DNA from: Candidatus Sungiibacteriota bacterium | GTDB taxonomy: Bacteria > Patescibacteriota > Minisyncoccia > Sungbacterales > JACQCQ01 | Direction: 5' to 3' | Assembly: GCA_016201505.1 (NCBI GenBank) | Contig: JACQCQ010000009.1 | Coordinates: 65,991-129,990 of the forward strand | DNA length: 64,000 nucleotides | Notes under the pieces: generated by a model | What the model was told of the DNA's origin: nothing | The model's database searches: none | What the model saw: only the letters and a program-made list of their open reading frames with translations | Program-made: the position numbers and the translations under genes | In this document: positions 19,884 to 29,288 of the stretch, in pieces | How the letters are laid out: each line of letters begins with the position of its first letter | Numbering within the stretch: the stretch's first letter is position 1

Positions 19884-20066
19884 ATGGTTTTTATGGCTGA
19901 AGAAGTAGAGAAAAATAGTAAAAAGTATTACAAGTGCGAGGAGTGCGGTTTAATTTACTCGGATAAGGGAATAGCAGAAAAGTGCCAAGCGTGGTGCTTG
20001 GAACATAAAAGTTGCAATCTTGAGATTATCGAATACGCCGTAAAGGACTTGCCAGAAAATGATTAA
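19884..20066 (+). CDS. Small zinc-ribbon protein
   Basis: 60 aa with CEECG...CQAWC. Confidence 0.35.
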   Translation: MVFMAEEVEKNSKKYYKCEECGLIYSDKGIAEKCQAWCLEHKSCNLEIIEYAVKDLPEND

Positions 20067-20163
20067 ACATGCCCGCCCGCAGCTTCTGGTCTTAAATCTG
20101 GAATATAAATATACCCAGGTTGCTTCCCAATAATGGTTCTGACGTCATCTACGATGCCGCTCC

Positions 20164-20199
20164 AAAAGTAATAACCCTTCGCGAAGGGTTATTACTTTT
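20164..20199. terminator. 36-bp perfect palindrome; likely bidirectional terminator
   Basis: aaaagtaataacccttcg|cgaagggttattactttt, T-rich on both sides. Confidence 0.5.
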
Positions 20200-20227
20200 T
20201 ATGTTTAAATAATTTCTTTGGGCAAGT

Positions 20228-20325
20228 GCGATTTATCCCCACACCAGAAAGCCCTGTCCGTAAAGACGTGGACGAAGGGTTAAAAAACGCGAAGTAGAAG
20301 CCAAGAAAGCCGCGGGTGTAGGGGG
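20228..20325. repeat. Approximately 95-bp repeat, second copy at 34232-34330
   Basis: cacaccagaaagccctgtccgtaaagacgtggacgaagggttaaaaaacgcgaagtagaagccaagaaagcc is roughly 80 percent identical to the copy beside hicB. Confidence 0.5.
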
Positions 20326-20338
20326 GTTTACTTTTTGT

Positions 20339-20824
20339 CTAGTGATGCGTCATTGAATCACTGCTGGTGCCGGTCATGTTTGGGCTGTGCATCATACTGT
20401 CGTTATGCATGGTTGAATTTGATTTTGCCGTCCAATCGCGTAGATACTCTGCATTGATCATCGGGCTATCTCCCGAGACGCCGCCTGAAACGCCAACATA
20501 ATCGCCAACCGCGATTCCTGACAAACCATTTGAAGGGACAATCGTCGTATTGGCGGCCATAGTCACTGTCCAAATGCCGCCCCATGATGCGACAGAAATT
20601 GAGCTCGTCGCGACTGATGTCACTACTCCTCGCAGAAGTCCGTGGCCGCTATTCGAGACAGTGAGAACCATGGGTCTTGGCGGGTGCATCATCATCACCG
20701 AGCTCGGCATCATGCTGCCGTGCAGCGAGTCGTCCATCATCTTATTGTCAGCCAGAGCAACGCCGATGAGAGCAAAGAGTGATGCTGTCGTTATTAGACC
20801 GGCTATCGTGATGTTATTTTTCAT
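20339..20824 (-). CDS. Secreted Met/His-rich protein (possible Cu(I)-binding)
   Basis: Signal peptide, then MMDDSLHGSMMPSSVMMMHPP. C-terminus MHNDSMMHSPNM...SMTHH. MxxM/MxH motifs as in CopA/PcoC/CusF. Confidence 0.55.
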   Translation of the reverse strand: MKNNITIAGLITTASLFALIGVALADNKMMDDSLHGSMMPSSVMMMHPPRPMVLTVSNSGHGLLRGVVTSVATSSISVASWGGIWTVTMAANTTIVPSNGLSGIAVGDYVGVSGGVSGDSPMINAEYLRDWTAKSNSTMHNDSMMHSPNMTGTSSDSMTHH

Positions 20825-20934
20825 AGCAAAAATTTTTATTAATTAATAATGTACATAATGCCTTAGACGATTTTCACTATACCAAGACCCAATCTTATGT
20901 AAAGCTGACTTGACATATAATCTGTGGATAGCCA

Positions 20935-22086
20935 TTACCCAAAAGTCAATGTATATGCCTGTAATCCGGGGCTGTTTACCATAATCTCTAAGGTATGTTG
21001 GCCATAATCCGAGCCGGAAATGAGTTTATATAATCGGTTGGCTTGTATTACGACAGTCCCGTCGGGCGAAACATCAGAACCTCTATCTCGGCTGACGACT
21101 TCGCCGTCTTCCATAACCGTAATCTTCACCGGCTCGCTTGCACTCGCGACGAAATAGACATTTTTTGCGCTGTATCGGAAAACCATCTTTGCGTTTGATG
21201 ATTGACTCTTGGCATATTGATCCTTGAAATCCCAACTGCCATCAAGGTACAGCATGTTTGGCTGAATGGGAGACGGCAGCAAAAGCTGTTGAACGCCAGT
21301 TACGCCTTGCGCTCCATTACCAAGGTACTCGTTTCTTGCAGATCCAAAATAAGTCTCGGGACTTTGAACTTTGGCGGAATCAAGTTGGATTACATCCGCC
21401 GGGTTCGTTATATCGTTTGAGACATTGTCTTCGGTGCCCAGTACCTGCTCGCGTTCTTTCAGCGCCGCCTGAATAGCGCGCTCCGTTTCGTCATAGCCGC
21501 CTTCACCGATGTGGTCATGGACGATATAACCGTCGATGTCGATCAGGTACTCATGTGGCCAGTACTGATTTTCATATGTCTGCCAGGTGGCGTAGTTGTT
21601 GTCTTGGACAACCGGGTAGGTAATGCCGAGATCTCGGGTGCCTTTTACGACGTTGTCGTAGACTTTTTCAAAATCGAATTCTGGAGTATGTACGCCAACA
21701 ATAACCAGACCCCGATCTTTGTATTTTGCGTACCAAGCATTGAGATATGGAGTGGTGCGCTGACAGTTAATACAGCTGTATGTCCAGAAATCAAGCAGTA
21801 TCACCTTTTTGCCGATAAAATCTTTGAGTCTAAATGGGCCGCCGTTGATGAACCCGCCGCCTGGCGTTATCTCGCGAGCCGGCCCGTATTTTTTTGCTTT
21901 TTCTGCCCTGCGCAGGGACGCATCAGCTACGGCGGATGCTGATCCCGGGAGATTGCTGGCGAGAATTTCTCCCCGCGTGTTGCTCGCGGGCTTTATCTTG
22001 CCTGTTTCGAAATACCAGATAGTCCCGATGATCAGAACAAGTGCAATACCGAGCACGACATTTTTGGTTAGCATAGGTGTGTTCAC
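20935..22086 (-). CDS. Membrane-anchored thioredoxin-like thiol:disulfide oxidoreductase (TlpA/ResA family) with a C-terminal extension
   Basis: N-terminal TM. GKKVILLDFWTYSCINCQRTTPYLNAWY gives a CxxC thioredoxin fold. An extra 180-aa beta-rich domain follows. Confidence 0.85.
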   Translation of the reverse strand: MNTPMLTKNVVLGIALVLIIGTIWYFETGKIKPASNTRGEILASNLPGSASAVADASLRRAEKAKKYGPAREITPGGGFINGGPFRLKDFIGKKVILLDFWTYSCINCQRTTPYLNAWYAKYKDRGLVIVGVHTPEFDFEKVYDNVVKGTRDLGITYPVVQDNNYATWQTYENQYWPHEYLIDIDGYIVHDHIGEGGYDETERAIQAALKEREQVLGTEDNVSNDITNPADVIQLDSAKVQSPETYFGSARNEYLGNGAQGVTGVQQLLLPSPIQPNMLYLDGSWDFKDQYAKSQSSNAKMVFRYSAKNVYFVASASEPVKITVMEDGEVVSRDRGSDVSPDGTVVIQANRLYKLISGSDYGQHTLEIMVNSPGLQAYTLTFG

Positions 22087-22850
22087 TTCTTTTGAATGCC
22101 TGTCTCTGCCAAGTACGACAAAAAGCCGGGTATGATGGGGAGCACGCAGGGAGAGAGAAATGATGCGAGTCCGGCGAAAAGCGCTATAGCAAAATTCGTA
22201 GCGGAAAGCGAGGTGATGCCGCTTCCGGCGCTTGTGCCCGCATGGATTGATAGCAAGACGTTCGTCAATGCTTGGAAGTTTGCAATTTTACTTAATTCAC
22301 CGACAAATATGAGTATTCCGATAATAACCAGCAATAGACCGAAAATATATTCCACGTAGCGGAGCCAAGGCCCCGCTTTATTAATGAATTCTTGTGCCTG
22401 GTTTGTGAATAGACCGACAACGAGGAACGGGATGCCGACCCCAAGTGTATAGGCAAATAGCAGTAGAAAAGCACTTCCCGCATTAGCCGCCGCCAGTACC
22501 AATATGGCGCCTAGAGCCGCCGAGACGCAGGGGGTCCAGCCAACTGCAAACGCCGCGCCGAAAACAAACGAGGTCAGATATTTTGATCCAAACTCACCTC
22601 GAATGGCTATTTTGTGGTCGCGCTTCAGAAATTCTGGAGTAAAAAGTCCGAGTACAAAAAGGCCAAAGAGGATGATGATAATCCCGCCGATTCTCCCGAG
22701 CCAGGCTTGCACCGCATATGAGGAGTGGGCGAGAACGGTCTGCAAAAGCACTCCCACCAGAGAAAAGACGATTGAGAAACCAAGAACAAAAAATAGGCTA
22801 CTTAAAAATACACTCCAATCTCGGGACTGGTGCGGGCGGGTTACATCCAT
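22083..22850 (-). CDS. ccdA: CcdA/DsbD-family thiol-disulfide transporter with apparently permuted TM order
   Basis: Six TMs. GWTPC is in TM3 and FLSPCVLPIIPGFLSYL is in the last TM. Canonical CcdA has the SPC helix first. Overlaps the tlpA-like gene by 4 nt. Confidence 0.8.
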   Translation of the reverse strand: MDVTRPHQSRDWSVFLSSLFFVLGFSIVFSLVGVLLQTVLAHSSYAVQAWLGRIGGIIIILFGLFVLGLFTPEFLKRDHKIAIRGEFGSKYLTSFVFGAAFAVGWTPCVSAALGAILVLAAANAGSAFLLLFAYTLGVGIPFLVVGLFTNQAQEFINKAGPWLRYVEYIFGLLLVIIGILIFVGELSKIANFQALTNVLLSIHAGTSAGSGITSLSATNFAIALFAGLASFLSPCVLPIIPGFLSYLAETGIQKK

Positions 22851-22915
22851 GCATTAATAGTAGCCCCCATTTCGTAAACGTCAAGTTAGCTTTACATTTA
22901 TTTTTGTTGAAAAAC

Positions 22916-23281
22916 TTACCAATTGCGGTCGCTGTAGAATCGAGTACCTATTTTAGCCAGAACCATGGTGACGAGAACCACAACCAGCCAGATATCAAGC
23001 ACATCTTGATAACTCTGGTAGATGATAGCGATGATGAGTAACGCGGCACCTGCGAGAAACGCCGCCCGCCCGGCAAACATGCGGTGTAGACTGTCTCTTT
23101 CATCTCGTGACTGCTCACGCAGCATGAACGTTGCAAACAAGCCGAAGGTGACCACCATCCCAGCCAGTAATGCCATGTGCGCCATGTTCGGCATCCAAAA
23201 ATGATAGGGATTCGCGATCAATATCAATACCGTAATAAGAACTCCCGCTACGGTTGCTTGTTTAAGATCGTTTTTTGTCAT
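22916..23281 (-). CDS. Small 3-TM membrane protein co-transcribed with the XRE regulator
   Basis: Likely start MTKNDLKQ. Overlaps the XRE gene by 20 nt. Confidence 0.5.
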   Translation of the reverse strand: MTKNDLKQATVAGVLITVLILIANPYHFWMPNMAHMALLAGMVVTFGLFATFMLREQSRDERDSLHRMFAGRAAFLAGAALLIIAIIYQSYQDVLDIWLVVVLVTMVLAKIGTRFYSDRNW

Positions 23282-23483
23282 ATGCAATTTTGAAAATCTT
23301 CTCCACGGAAGTCTTGAAAAATTGTGCAATCTTTATGGCCAGAAGAACTGACGGGGTGTAGTTGCCCCCCTCTATGGCGATTACGGTTTGCCGACTTACT
23401 CCGACCGCACGGGCTAACTCTTCTTGGGTGATGCCCTTCTGTAGCCGCAGATTCTGCACCTCATTGGCAATATGCTGGCTCAT
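23262..23483 (-). CDS. XRE-family helix-turn-helix regulator
   Basis: QNLRLQKGITQEELARAVGVSRQTVIAIEGG. Confidence 0.8.
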   Translation of the reverse strand: MSQHIANEVQNLRLQKGITQEELARAVGVSRQTVIAIEGGNYTPSVLLAIKIAQFFKTSVEKIFKIAYDKKRS

Positions 23484-23631
23484 GAATTGGTATCTAGAGT
23501 ATATAATACCTAGTCTCCAAAATGTCAAAGATACTTTACAAGATAATTTTTATTTATCAGCGAATTATTGCCTGAACGAATACTGTATCCATCGGTAGAG
23601 ACGATTCTTTTTTGAACCTATTGGAATCCCA

Positions 23632-23672
23632 ACCAAACTACTTTAAACCAGATTCGAAAAGTTTACCACAAA
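23632..23672. repeat. Direct repeat copy 2 (candidate attR-like island boundary)
   Basis: Matches 19698-19735. Confidence 0.6.
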
Positions 23673-23739
23673 TAGCAGTCTCTAACCGACGGCCCACACA
23701 TTTGACACAAGTTAATCTTAAGATAAACTTAATCTGTCT

Positions 23740-23991
23740 ATGGCAACGATCATTGGATTGAAACAGCTTCGGGAGAATGTGGAGAAATACGTCTTGGAGG
23801 TACATAAGGGAAAATCGTTTACGGTGGTTAAAAAATCAAAGCCTGTGTTTCGCATTGTGCCTCCCGATGAAGATAACGAGATGTGGGAAACGGTCGTGGA
23901 CTTTACTGAATTTAACAAAAAGGGGGTTCCGGCACGAGAACTTTTAAGGCGGCTTCGCTCGTTAAATGCCAAATCTCGAAAGACTGCTTAG
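23740..23991 (+). CDS. Phd/YefM-family antitoxin
   Basis: MATIIGLKQLRENVEKYVLEVHKGKSFTVVKKSKPVFRIVP. Confidence 0.75.
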   Translation: MATIIGLKQLRENVEKYVLEVHKGKSFTVVKKSKPVFRIVPPDEDNEMWETVVDFTEFNKKGVPARELLRRLRSLNAKSRKTA

Positions 23992-24205
23992 AAGGTTTTC
24001 TCCCAAAGAAAGAAAAGAGCTCGAGCCGGTGGTAGAGAGAATTGTTAAGCGCGATCTGGCTGGTCTTGATTGTAAAAAGTTAAAAGGATTGATAAATCTT
24101 TTTCGGGTGAGAAGGCGTAAGATCCGCATCATTTTTGAGATATCCGGTAAAGAAGCGCTCATTTTGAGCATTGAGCGAAGACGTGCAGCTACATACAAGT
24201 TCTAA
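23966..24205 (+). CDS. RelE/ParE-family toxin
   Basis: LKGLINLFRVRRRKIRIIFEISGKEALILSIERRRAATYKF. Overlaps the antitoxin. Confidence 0.75.
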   Translation: MPNLERLLRRFSPKERKELEPVVERIVKRDLAGLDCKKLKGLINLFRVRRRKIRIIFEISGKEALILSIERRRAATYKF

Positions 24206-24282
24206 TCCTTTGACTTCGGGTGAGCGCGCACGGCGGGCCGGCCGATACACTGAAAACCAAGAGTAGATTAAACAATAAAAAC

Positions 24283-24900
24283 ATGAGTTTCGATATAGTA
24301 GCGAGCAAAGACACACAAGAGAACTTAGTCACAACGCTCAAAGGGCGAAATGTCGAGGTCATACTTGCAGAAAACGGCGCCGCGGCGTTAGACAAAATCA
24401 AGTCGCTGATTCCCCAAGGAGCCTCGGTGATGAACGGTTCTTCCGTTACGCTGGAAACGATCGGCTTTGTCGATTACCTAAAATCCGGCGCACACGGCTG
24501 GAATAATCTGCATGCGGCCATTCTCGCCGAAAAAGATCCGGCGAAACAATCGGCTTTGCGCAAACAGGCGGTGCTTTCGGATTATTATCTCGGCAGTGTG
24601 CACGCGATCGCCGAAACCGGCGAGATGATTATTGGATCGAATTCGGGAAGCCAATTGCCGCACGTTGTGTTTACTTCACCGAATATTATTTTTGTCGCCG
24701 GTGCGCAGAAGATCGTCCCTACATTTGACACAGCCATGCAGCGGCTGAAGGAGTATGTTATCCCGCTGGAAGATCGGCATATGCAGGAGAAATATGGTGT
24801 GGGGACGTACCCCTCAAAGATCGTCATCTTTAATCGCGAGAATCCGATGATGGGGCGCACAGTGTGGCTGATGCTTGTCAACGAAAAACTCGGGTTTTAG
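24283..24900 (+). CDS. LUD-domain protein (LutC/YkgG-like)
   Basis: VILAENGAA...IAETGEMIIGSNSG...PHVVFTSPNIIFVAGAQKIVPTFD. The ORF track starts at 24220; Met 24283 is the likely start. Confidence 0.7.
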   Translation: MSFDIVASKDTQENLVTTLKGRNVEVILAENGAAALDKIKSLIPQGASVMNGSSVTLETIGFVDYLKSGAHGWNNLHAAILAEKDPAKQSALRKQAVLSDYYLGSVHAIAETGEMIIGSNSGSQLPHVVFTSPNIIFVAGAQKIVPTFDTAMQRLKEYVIPLEDRHMQEKYGVGTYPSKIVIFNRENPMMGRTVWLMLVNEKLGF

Positions 24901-25051
24901 GCTGGAAAGGCTTCTTTTAGGTACACGCCTCAAGATAGTGCGCGGTCTTATACCGAAAGCTGTGAGGCGCGGAGAATAATAGGAACACAAAAAGAATCAG
25001 CCGGAGCATAATACAAAAGAGCGATATAAATGTTTTTCATAATTTAATCAT

Positions 25052-25423
25052 ATGGATACTACGCAAAAAATTAATTGGATTCTGCGGCTTGGTGTTGCCG
25101 GTGAATTCCTCGGCCATGGCTTACTGGCCATTAACGGAAAAAAGGATTGGATCGGCTGGATTTCGTCGCTCGCCCACGTCTCTCCGGAAAACGCCGCCAC
25201 GCTTCTCCTCCTCATCGGCGTTTCTGATGTGATTGTGGCTGGGATTATTTTAGTGCGCCCGGTGCGTCCGGTCCTGCTTTGGGCGGCGTTTTGGGGCTTC
25301 TGGACGGCTTTGGTGCGTCCGATTGTCGGTGTCGGCTGGCTTGATTTCATCGAGCGCTTTACCAATTTTGCCGCTCCCTTGGCGCTTTTCTACGTCACTA
25401 AATTGCCGGGATATAGAAGATAA
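25052..25423 (+). CDS. Hypothetical 4-TM membrane protein (DoxX-like)
   Basis: Hydrophobic helices. Terminator at 25456. Confidence 0.55.
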   Translation: MDTTQKINWILRLGVAGEFLGHGLLAINGKKDWIGWISSLAHVSPENAATLLLLIGVSDVIVAGIILVRPVRPVLLWAAFWGFWTALVRPIVGVGWLDFIERFTNFAAPLALFYVTKLPGYRR

Positions 25424-25455
25424 ATTTTAAGTTAAGAGTTAGGCTAAAACATTTT

Positions 25456-25484
25456 GCCGCAATGATTTTGATTGCGGCTTTTTG
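25456..25484 (+). terminator. Rho-independent terminator
   Basis: gccgcaat-gattttg-attgcggc followed by tttttg. Confidence 0.7.
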
Positions 25485-25518
25485 ATGCATCATGGTGATT
25501 TCCGCTAGGAGGCGCACT

Positions 25519-25550
25519 CATATCTCTAATTCGTGCGAATTAGAGATATG
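25519..25550. terminator. 32-bp perfect palindrome (bidirectional terminator candidate) between convergent genes
   Basis: catatctctaattcg-tg-cgaattagagatatg. Confidence 0.5.
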
Positions 25551-25566
25551 AAAAATGCCCAGCACC

Positions 25567-25911
25567 TTACGGTGGCATGGGCTTGGTTTTAGGAACAAAG
25601 AAATGGAAACAAAGGCCAAGGCCAGACCAGTGCCAGCTGTCTTCCCACGCGATGAGGGTGAAGGCCGGCGGCATTTTGGCCTCGATTAAGCGGCAGATGA
25701 TGGCATCGGCCCTGATCCAGCAGCCTTCGAATTTTTTCAGCTGGTTAAAGGCTCTTTGGATTTCATCGGGTTGGCTCGTCGGCCCCAAAACGCACACCCA
25801 CGCGACATCATCCAATGCTGGCTTCTCTTTCAATAGGAGGTAGTCCTCATTTTCCATGGCATCCTCCTGGTAGCTATAACTTCGGCAACATTCGTTAGTT
25901 TCAGAATCCAA
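25567..25911 (-). CDS. Hypothetical protein
   Basis: 114-aa ORF with no recognisable motifs. Confidence 0.4.
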   Translation of the reverse strand: MDSETNECCRSYSYQEDAMENEDYLLLKEKPALDDVAWVCVLGPTSQPDEIQRAFNQLKKFEGCWIRADAIICRLIEAKMPPAFTLIAWEDSWHWSGLGLCFHFFVPKTKPMPP

Positions 25912-25959
25912 ATAGCTTCCTGCCGGGGACTAAACCTGGCTATACTAAAGATAGATTCT

Positions 25960-26397
25960 ATGAATGAGTTGCCGCATAAAAAAACCTGGCACCGCACGCA
26001 CCGTGAATCGCTGACCCTGGCCCAGCGCATTTCAGACGGACTGGCGAACGGCATGGGTTCCTGGACGTTCATTATTGTCCAGACTATCATTGTGATCTGC
26101 TGGATGATTTTAAATCTGGTCGCTTATATGCAGCATTGGGATCCCTATCCGTTTATACTGCTCAATCTTTTATTTTCAACCCAGGCGGCCTATGCCGCGC
26201 CGATAATTATGATGTCGCAAAACCGGCAAAACGACCGCGATCGCCATCAGGCCGAAGCCGATTATGAGACGAATACAAAAGCCAAGCTTGAAATCGAAGA
26301 TTTACAGAAAAACTTGGCGCGCATCGAGCAAGTAAAACTCGACAGGATCATTGCTCTCTTAGAAAAAGACGAGAGAAATGAAGCTCCACGGGCGTAA
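25960..26397 (+). CDS. DUF1003-family membrane protein
   Basis: PYPFILLNLLFSTQAAYAAPIIMMSQNRQNDRDR...DYETNTKAKLEIE. Terminator hairpin ccacgggc-gtaa-gcccgtgg overlaps the stop. Confidence 0.8.
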   Translation: MNELPHKKTWHRTHRESLTLAQRISDGLANGMGSWTFIIVQTIIVICWMILNLVAYMQHWDPYPFILLNLLFSTQAAYAAPIIMMSQNRQNDRDRHQAEADYETNTKAKLEIEDLQKNLARIEQVKLDRIIALLEKDERNEAPRA

Positions 26398-26554
26398 GCC
26401 CGTGGCATCTCGTATTTCGCCGCAGGCGGACTCATGCGAGATCTGCGGAATCCGCCAAAGCATCGGCTCTCAACTCACCATTAGGCTTTCAGTTACTCTT
26501 TTCGCATTCATTCACCGGCTTACGCAGGTGGTCTTTTGCGACGGCGGATAAGGT

Positions 26555-27388
26555 CTAATTCTTTTCATTACTGGACTCGCTGATGACGGGCCGGAGAATG
26601 CCGTATTGATCGATGGTGTAGCGGATGCTAAAGGGGTCGGGCGGGATAAATCGAATAATCTGTTTTTTGACGAGATCATCAAGCGAAACGGGAAATGAGC
26701 CCGTTTTTTGTTTGTATTGGGCCACGGCTTTATCGAGAATATCGAGAATCTGGAAGTGCTCGATATAGAGTTTCGCACGTTCGCGCAAAACTTCGTCATT
26801 CGAGGTCTCATAAATCGAGGTCCAAATTTGCTCGGTTTGGACCCGGATGTTCTTGGCGGCACCATAATTGGCGGCAATCGTTTTTACGGCTTCGGGCGCA
26901 CCAGGAACGCGCGAGGCAATGTCAAAGTACCGTGCGGCATCGGCGCGCTTGCCCAGGGTGTGATAATCCAGCGCGACATAATAGGGAATCCTCCAATCAG
27001 CGGGAGAGTTTAAGACACCGCGCTTTCCAATTTCAATTGCGATATTTGTTTTGGCCGGGTCAATGGCTGGGATGATAATGGCAGCAAAAGCGTAGGGATA
27101 GGAAAACTTTGGGTCAAGCTCGTTGATGGTATTGATGTTTGAAACAAAGATTTTTTCGTAATGCTTCCAGCGGATATCGGAGAATTCCTGGATGGTGTTG
27201 AGCCACAACAGATTGGCCGCCGCGTTATGCAGACCCAAATCGATGGCTCGTACGGTCCTTGGCGGTGGAACCAGAAAGGGCAAAGGGTCGGTTTTGCCGC
27301 GTAGGCGGTCCCATTGGTACTGGCTGGTGATGATTAAAGCCCAGAGGGCGAGCGGGATAAAAATTTTAATGGGGAGCGCAAAAGACAT
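26555..27388 (-). CDS. Hypothetical membrane-anchored protein downstream of the ABC-2 transporter
   Basis: N-terminal TM. Shares an operon position with the ABC genes. Confidence 0.55.
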   Translation of the reverse strand: MSFALPIKIFIPLALWALIITSQYQWDRLRGKTDPLPFLVPPPRTVRAIDLGLHNAAANLLWLNTIQEFSDIRWKHYEKIFVSNINTINELDPKFSYPYAFAAIIIPAIDPAKTNIAIEIGKRGVLNSPADWRIPYYVALDYHTLGKRADAARYFDIASRVPGAPEAVKTIAANYGAAKNIRVQTEQIWTSIYETSNDEVLRERAKLYIEHFQILDILDKAVAQYKQKTGSFPVSLDDLVKKQIIRFIPPDPFSIRYTIDQYGILRPVISESSNEKN

Positions 27389-27396
27389 AAGGTCGT

Positions 27397-28158
27397 CTAT
27401 AACTCTCGTTCCTTAAAAATGGCAGTCGCAGCCAGCAGCAGCAGGATAATGTAGACGATGGCGTAGGCAAGTGAGAGAAACAGTTCTGGCCATGGAATGC
27501 GGATGCCGTAAATGACCGAATTGCGGATATTAAATTTTTCCAGATTGGGGAATAGGTAGTAGATAACCAGAACGATTTTTTGGACGATGACGGGTTTTGT
27601 TTTGACAGCACTCGTAAGCAGCGAAAGCGAATGGCCGATATAGAGAACCAGGATGGCATATAATGTGGAGGCAAGCGGCGCGGCAATCGTCGAGAAAAAA
27701 ATCGTGAGCGCGACAAAAAGACCCATCTCGGCGATTTGCAGGGCTATGGCTTCAAGCACTACGGCGTCTACACCGCCGCCTTTTGCGGCCACAACCGCCA
27801 GGTAAACGACCGCCATAAGAATGGTTGTAAGCGTAACACTTGAAACCAATCCCAAAAACTTTCCCCAGATGACATCCCGATGCCGCACCGGTTTTGAGAG
27901 AATAAAATAAAGCGTCCGCTTCTCGAATTCTTTATACATCAGCGAAGCGCCCAAAAAAATGGTTACCACCATGCCAAAGAAATATATGCCGGCCAGACCC
28001 AGATTGCGGATGACGGCGAGGTCCTCACCAAGCGAAATTGAACCCAGAAATACGGTAAACATTAAAAATACGACCGCAAAGGCCATGATGCCGTAGAGAA
28101 TCCGGTCGCGGATGGTTTCTTTTAGCGTGTTTTGGGCGATGACGAGAATATTTTTCAT
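27397..28158 (-). CDS. ABC-2 family transporter permease
   Basis: 6 TMs. Overlaps the ATPase gene by 4 nt. Confidence 0.8.
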   Translation of the reverse strand: MKNILVIAQNTLKETIRDRILYGIMAFAVVFLMFTVFLGSISLGEDLAVIRNLGLAGIYFFGMVVTIFLGASLMYKEFEKRTLYFILSKPVRHRDVIWGKFLGLVSSVTLTTILMAVVYLAVVAAKGGGVDAVVLEAIALQIAEMGLFVALTIFFSTIAAPLASTLYAILVLYIGHSLSLLTSAVKTKPVIVQKIVLVIYYLFPNLEKFNIRNSVIYGIRIPWPELFLSLAYAIVYIILLLLAATAIFKEREL

Positions 28159-28874
28159 GCTTTGGCAGGGCTGGCCGCTTTTACCGTTTCCACAAATCGT
28201 TCTTCCAGTGATTTTCCCTTGGTGAAGTGTCCGATTGGCCCCGAGTAGAGCAGGCGGCCTTGGTGGATGATGCCAATTTCATCGCACAGCTCCTCGGTGT
28301 CGAAAAGAATGTGCGAATTGAAGAAAATAGTTTTGCCGCGGGATTTTAGTGTTTTGATAATTTCTTTTAGCTCGCGCCGGCCGATCGGATCGAGCCCGTC
28401 GAGCGGCTCATCTAAAAAGATATAATCCGGATCATGAATGACGGCTTGGGCAAATCCCAGCCGCTGGCGCATGCCTTTGGAGTAAGTTCGAATGAGGCGG
28501 TTGGCGGCGTTTAAAATCCCGACCTCTGCCAGCGTTTTCGTATAGACAGCATCCGGTTTTCTATCTATTTCTGGGAATAAACTGTCGCAGAATTTTAAAA
28601 ATTCAAGACCGGTCAGGTATTCATAAAAATAGGGCGCTTCGGGCATAAACCCGATCATGGCGCGCATGGCCGGGTCTTGGGGAGTCCTGCCCTCGAGCCG
28701 GATGGTGCCCGCATCAGGACGCGAAAGGCCGACAATCATTTTGATGGTAGTCGTTTTTCCCGCCCCATTCGGGCCTAGAAAGCCAAAAACTGTTCCTTTT
28801 TTGATGGCGAGCGAGAGATCATCCACGACGTTTCGCCCCTCATAGGCTTTTTCTACTCGAGAGATTTCAAGCAT
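28155..28874 (-). CDS. ABC transporter ATP-binding protein
   Basis: Walker A GPNGAGKTTTIKM, signature YSKGMRQRLGFAQA, Walker B IFLDEP. Confidence 0.9.
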   Translation of the reverse strand: MLEISRVEKAYEGRNVVDDLSLAIKKGTVFGFLGPNGAGKTTTIKMIVGLSRPDAGTIRLEGRTPQDPAMRAMIGFMPEAPYFYEYLTGLEFLKFCDSLFPEIDRKPDAVYTKTLAEVGILNAANRLIRTYSKGMRQRLGFAQAVIHDPDYIFLDEPLDGLDPIGRRELKEIIKTLKSRGKTIFFNSHILFDTEELCDEIGIIHQGRLLYSGPIGHFTKGKSLEERFVETVKAASPAKA

Positions 28875-28953
28875 AGAATAAATAAAATTATAACCGCATC
28901 AAGCCCATTGGGCAAGAAAAAGCGTCCCGCAGAATACGGCGGGACGCTTTTGT

Positions 28954-29193
28954 CTACTCGGGCAAAGGTCCCGGCCCGCCGGGATTTGCACAATCTCCTG
29001 ATGGCGGAAAGAGAAAATCGCCAATAGCCAGATGGGCGGGAAGCGCGTTTTTGTTTACGGTAATGACGACAAATGGATTCGTTCCCGAACCAGTTACATG
29101 ACAAAGAGTAACCTTATCTGCGCCATCTGCCATGGCCGCTGAGGCGGCCAGCACTCCAATCAGGACGGAAACTGATGTGATAATTTTTTTCAT
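28954..29193 (-). CDS. Small secreted protein
   Basis: MKKIITSVSVLIGVLAASAAMA signal peptide, two Cys. Confidence 0.45.
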   Translation of the reverse strand: MKKIITSVSVLIGVLAASAAMADGADKVTLCHVTGSGTNPFVVITVNKNALPAHLAIGDFLFPPSGDCANPGGPGPLPE

Positions 29194-29288
29194 GGGTAAG
29201 ACGTTAAGATATTCTCCGACCTTTCTCATCCTCCATTGTAGTATTTTTTTGGACTGACTCCAGGCTAGGAAAGGGATAGAATGGAATT

